A stretch of DNA of 64,000 nucleotides from positions 62,992,001 to 63,056,000 of the forward strand of contig CM060731.1 in the NCBI GenBank assembly GCA_030704615.1. The letters are read 5' to 3'. Source of the DNA: Takakia lepidozioides (lineage: Eukaryota; Plantae; Bryophyta). The position numbers and the translations under genes are program-made. The notes beneath the pieces were generated by a model. That model searched no databases, was not told the DNA's origin, and saw nothing but the letters and a program-made list of their open reading frames with translations. Positions 62,780 to 64,000 of this stretch are shown here, one piece after another; the first letter of the stretch is position 1, and each line of letters begins with the position of its first letter.

Positions 62780-63585
62780 TTAATCATTAATACTTAGAAT
62801 TAGACCCTAAAGCCCTGTTACTCAATGCCTAAACTTGTGACTCATGTGTTCTTCATAGCAATGTGCAAACTTACAAAATTTGCTATTAAACATGCAAATA
62901 GTGACCAACTAAATATGCACAATAATAAGCTATTTGTAACCTCTGTAAAACTTAATTAACATGTGAGTGTGTACTTGACATTATTAAACACACATATCAA
63001 GTAGTTTAAAAAAACTCTACTACCAAACCTGCACACATTGACCCCACTAAATATGCCCAATAATAAATTAGTAGATTTTTATCGTTATTATATTTTATTA
63101 CTTAATACACGTGAGTGTGTTTCGATAGACATTGTAAACACCCCAAACAACCTAACCCACGTACAATGACCACCCAAATATATCCAATAGTAAATGGATA
63201 AATATACCTAAGTGTATTTTTATGAGCATGTTCTTGACAAACGTTGTCAACAGACACTTAGAAACCTAACCCACCCTAATTTGCCTAATAATAGGCTAGT
63301 AAAGTCTTGTCGTTCTTGTAATGAATTAGTTAATACACCTGAGCACGTTGTGTTTTTTGACACACATTGTCAACACATATTTAGCAACCTAATGTGCACA
63401 CAGTGACCACCTCGTTTATATGCCCAATAATAAGCTAGTATAATCATATTGTTTGCACAATTGATTAGTTAATATACCAGACAACCTAATCCACCAAAAA
63501 TTGCCTAAATAATAGTCTAATAAATTCTTATTGTTCCTGTAATGAATTAGTTAATACACTTAAGCATTGTGTTTTTTATAGACAT
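62780..63585. repeat. Degenerate AT-rich tandem repeat, ~6 units of ~100-140 bp
   Basis: tgacc..aaatatgcccaataataa(g)cta and acaacctaaccca blocks recur at ~62902, 63040, 63167, 63278, 63404, 63499. Confidence 0.75.
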
Positions 63586-64000
63586 TGTCCGGGTTGGTAT
63601 CGCGCGAGCACTGAGTTAAGAGAAACGGCGTGAGCACAAAACAAACCGCCGCGTGAGCAGAATCAACGGTTATGGGGGTAATATATACATCAGCAGAAAT
63701 ACAAATAATAGGCGGACCTAGGGACTTTACTGCGTTAATAGGGGATACATCGAATCTGATTACAACTTAAACGTGAAGATCAGAATGACGAAACTAGCAG
63801 ATGTCAAATAGTTTGAACCTTTCGCTGGCGAAACTAGGCAAAACCCATTTGCATTTTGCCGGCAAAACCCATTTTTTGGGTGGTTATTGGGGATGTTCTA
63901 AACATAATGTTACCAAATGCCACATTGTTTACGTGCGCTGATCTCTGGCAGATATATTTGTGGATCATTGTGCTCAGACGAGTTAAGCATTGGATGATTA

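Noticed and set aside
62764-62816. Interstitial telomere array
   Set aside because: Only one or two degenerate CCCTAAA units
63586-64000. Start of an LTR element with a tRNA-Met PBS (tggtatc)
   Set aside because: Only a 7-nt match, with no partner LTR or coding sequence within the window

Overview
Eukaryotic land-plant nuclear DNA. Spliceosomal introns, PPR genes, FAH and CACTA/Gypsy/L1 elements are present; the divergent, non-angiosperm-like sequences suggest a bryophyte or other non-seed plant, which is inference only. The window is TE-dominated and looks heterochromatic. The left ~12 kb holds one intact P-class PPR ORF inside a patchwork of intron-retaining fragments of unrelated housekeeping genes (alpha/beta-hydrolase, DPM1, phosphomevalonate kinase), followed by a six-exon sphingolipid fatty-acid hydroxylase (FAH) gene with a possible frame lesion. 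From ~20.8 to 45.7 kb is a nested TE stack: a chromoviral Gypsy joined to an L1 that is split by a ~16 kb CACTA element, which itself carries two LINEs, a PLS-E PPR fragment and a 2.2 kb insert. The most striking item is the CACTA TnpA-like gene, which has an FCP1/NIF-type HAD phosphatase-like domain between its Transposase_24-like and Tnp1-like domains; a second NIF fragment next to a zinc knuckle lies at 59.3-59.9 kb. The right side has decayed coiled-coil genes, a Gypsy inserted into its own family (TSD CTTTC) with an extra ORF between integrase and PPT, a piggyBac-like MITE and degenerate tandem repeats. All family calls come from motif recognition by eye; no database searches were run.
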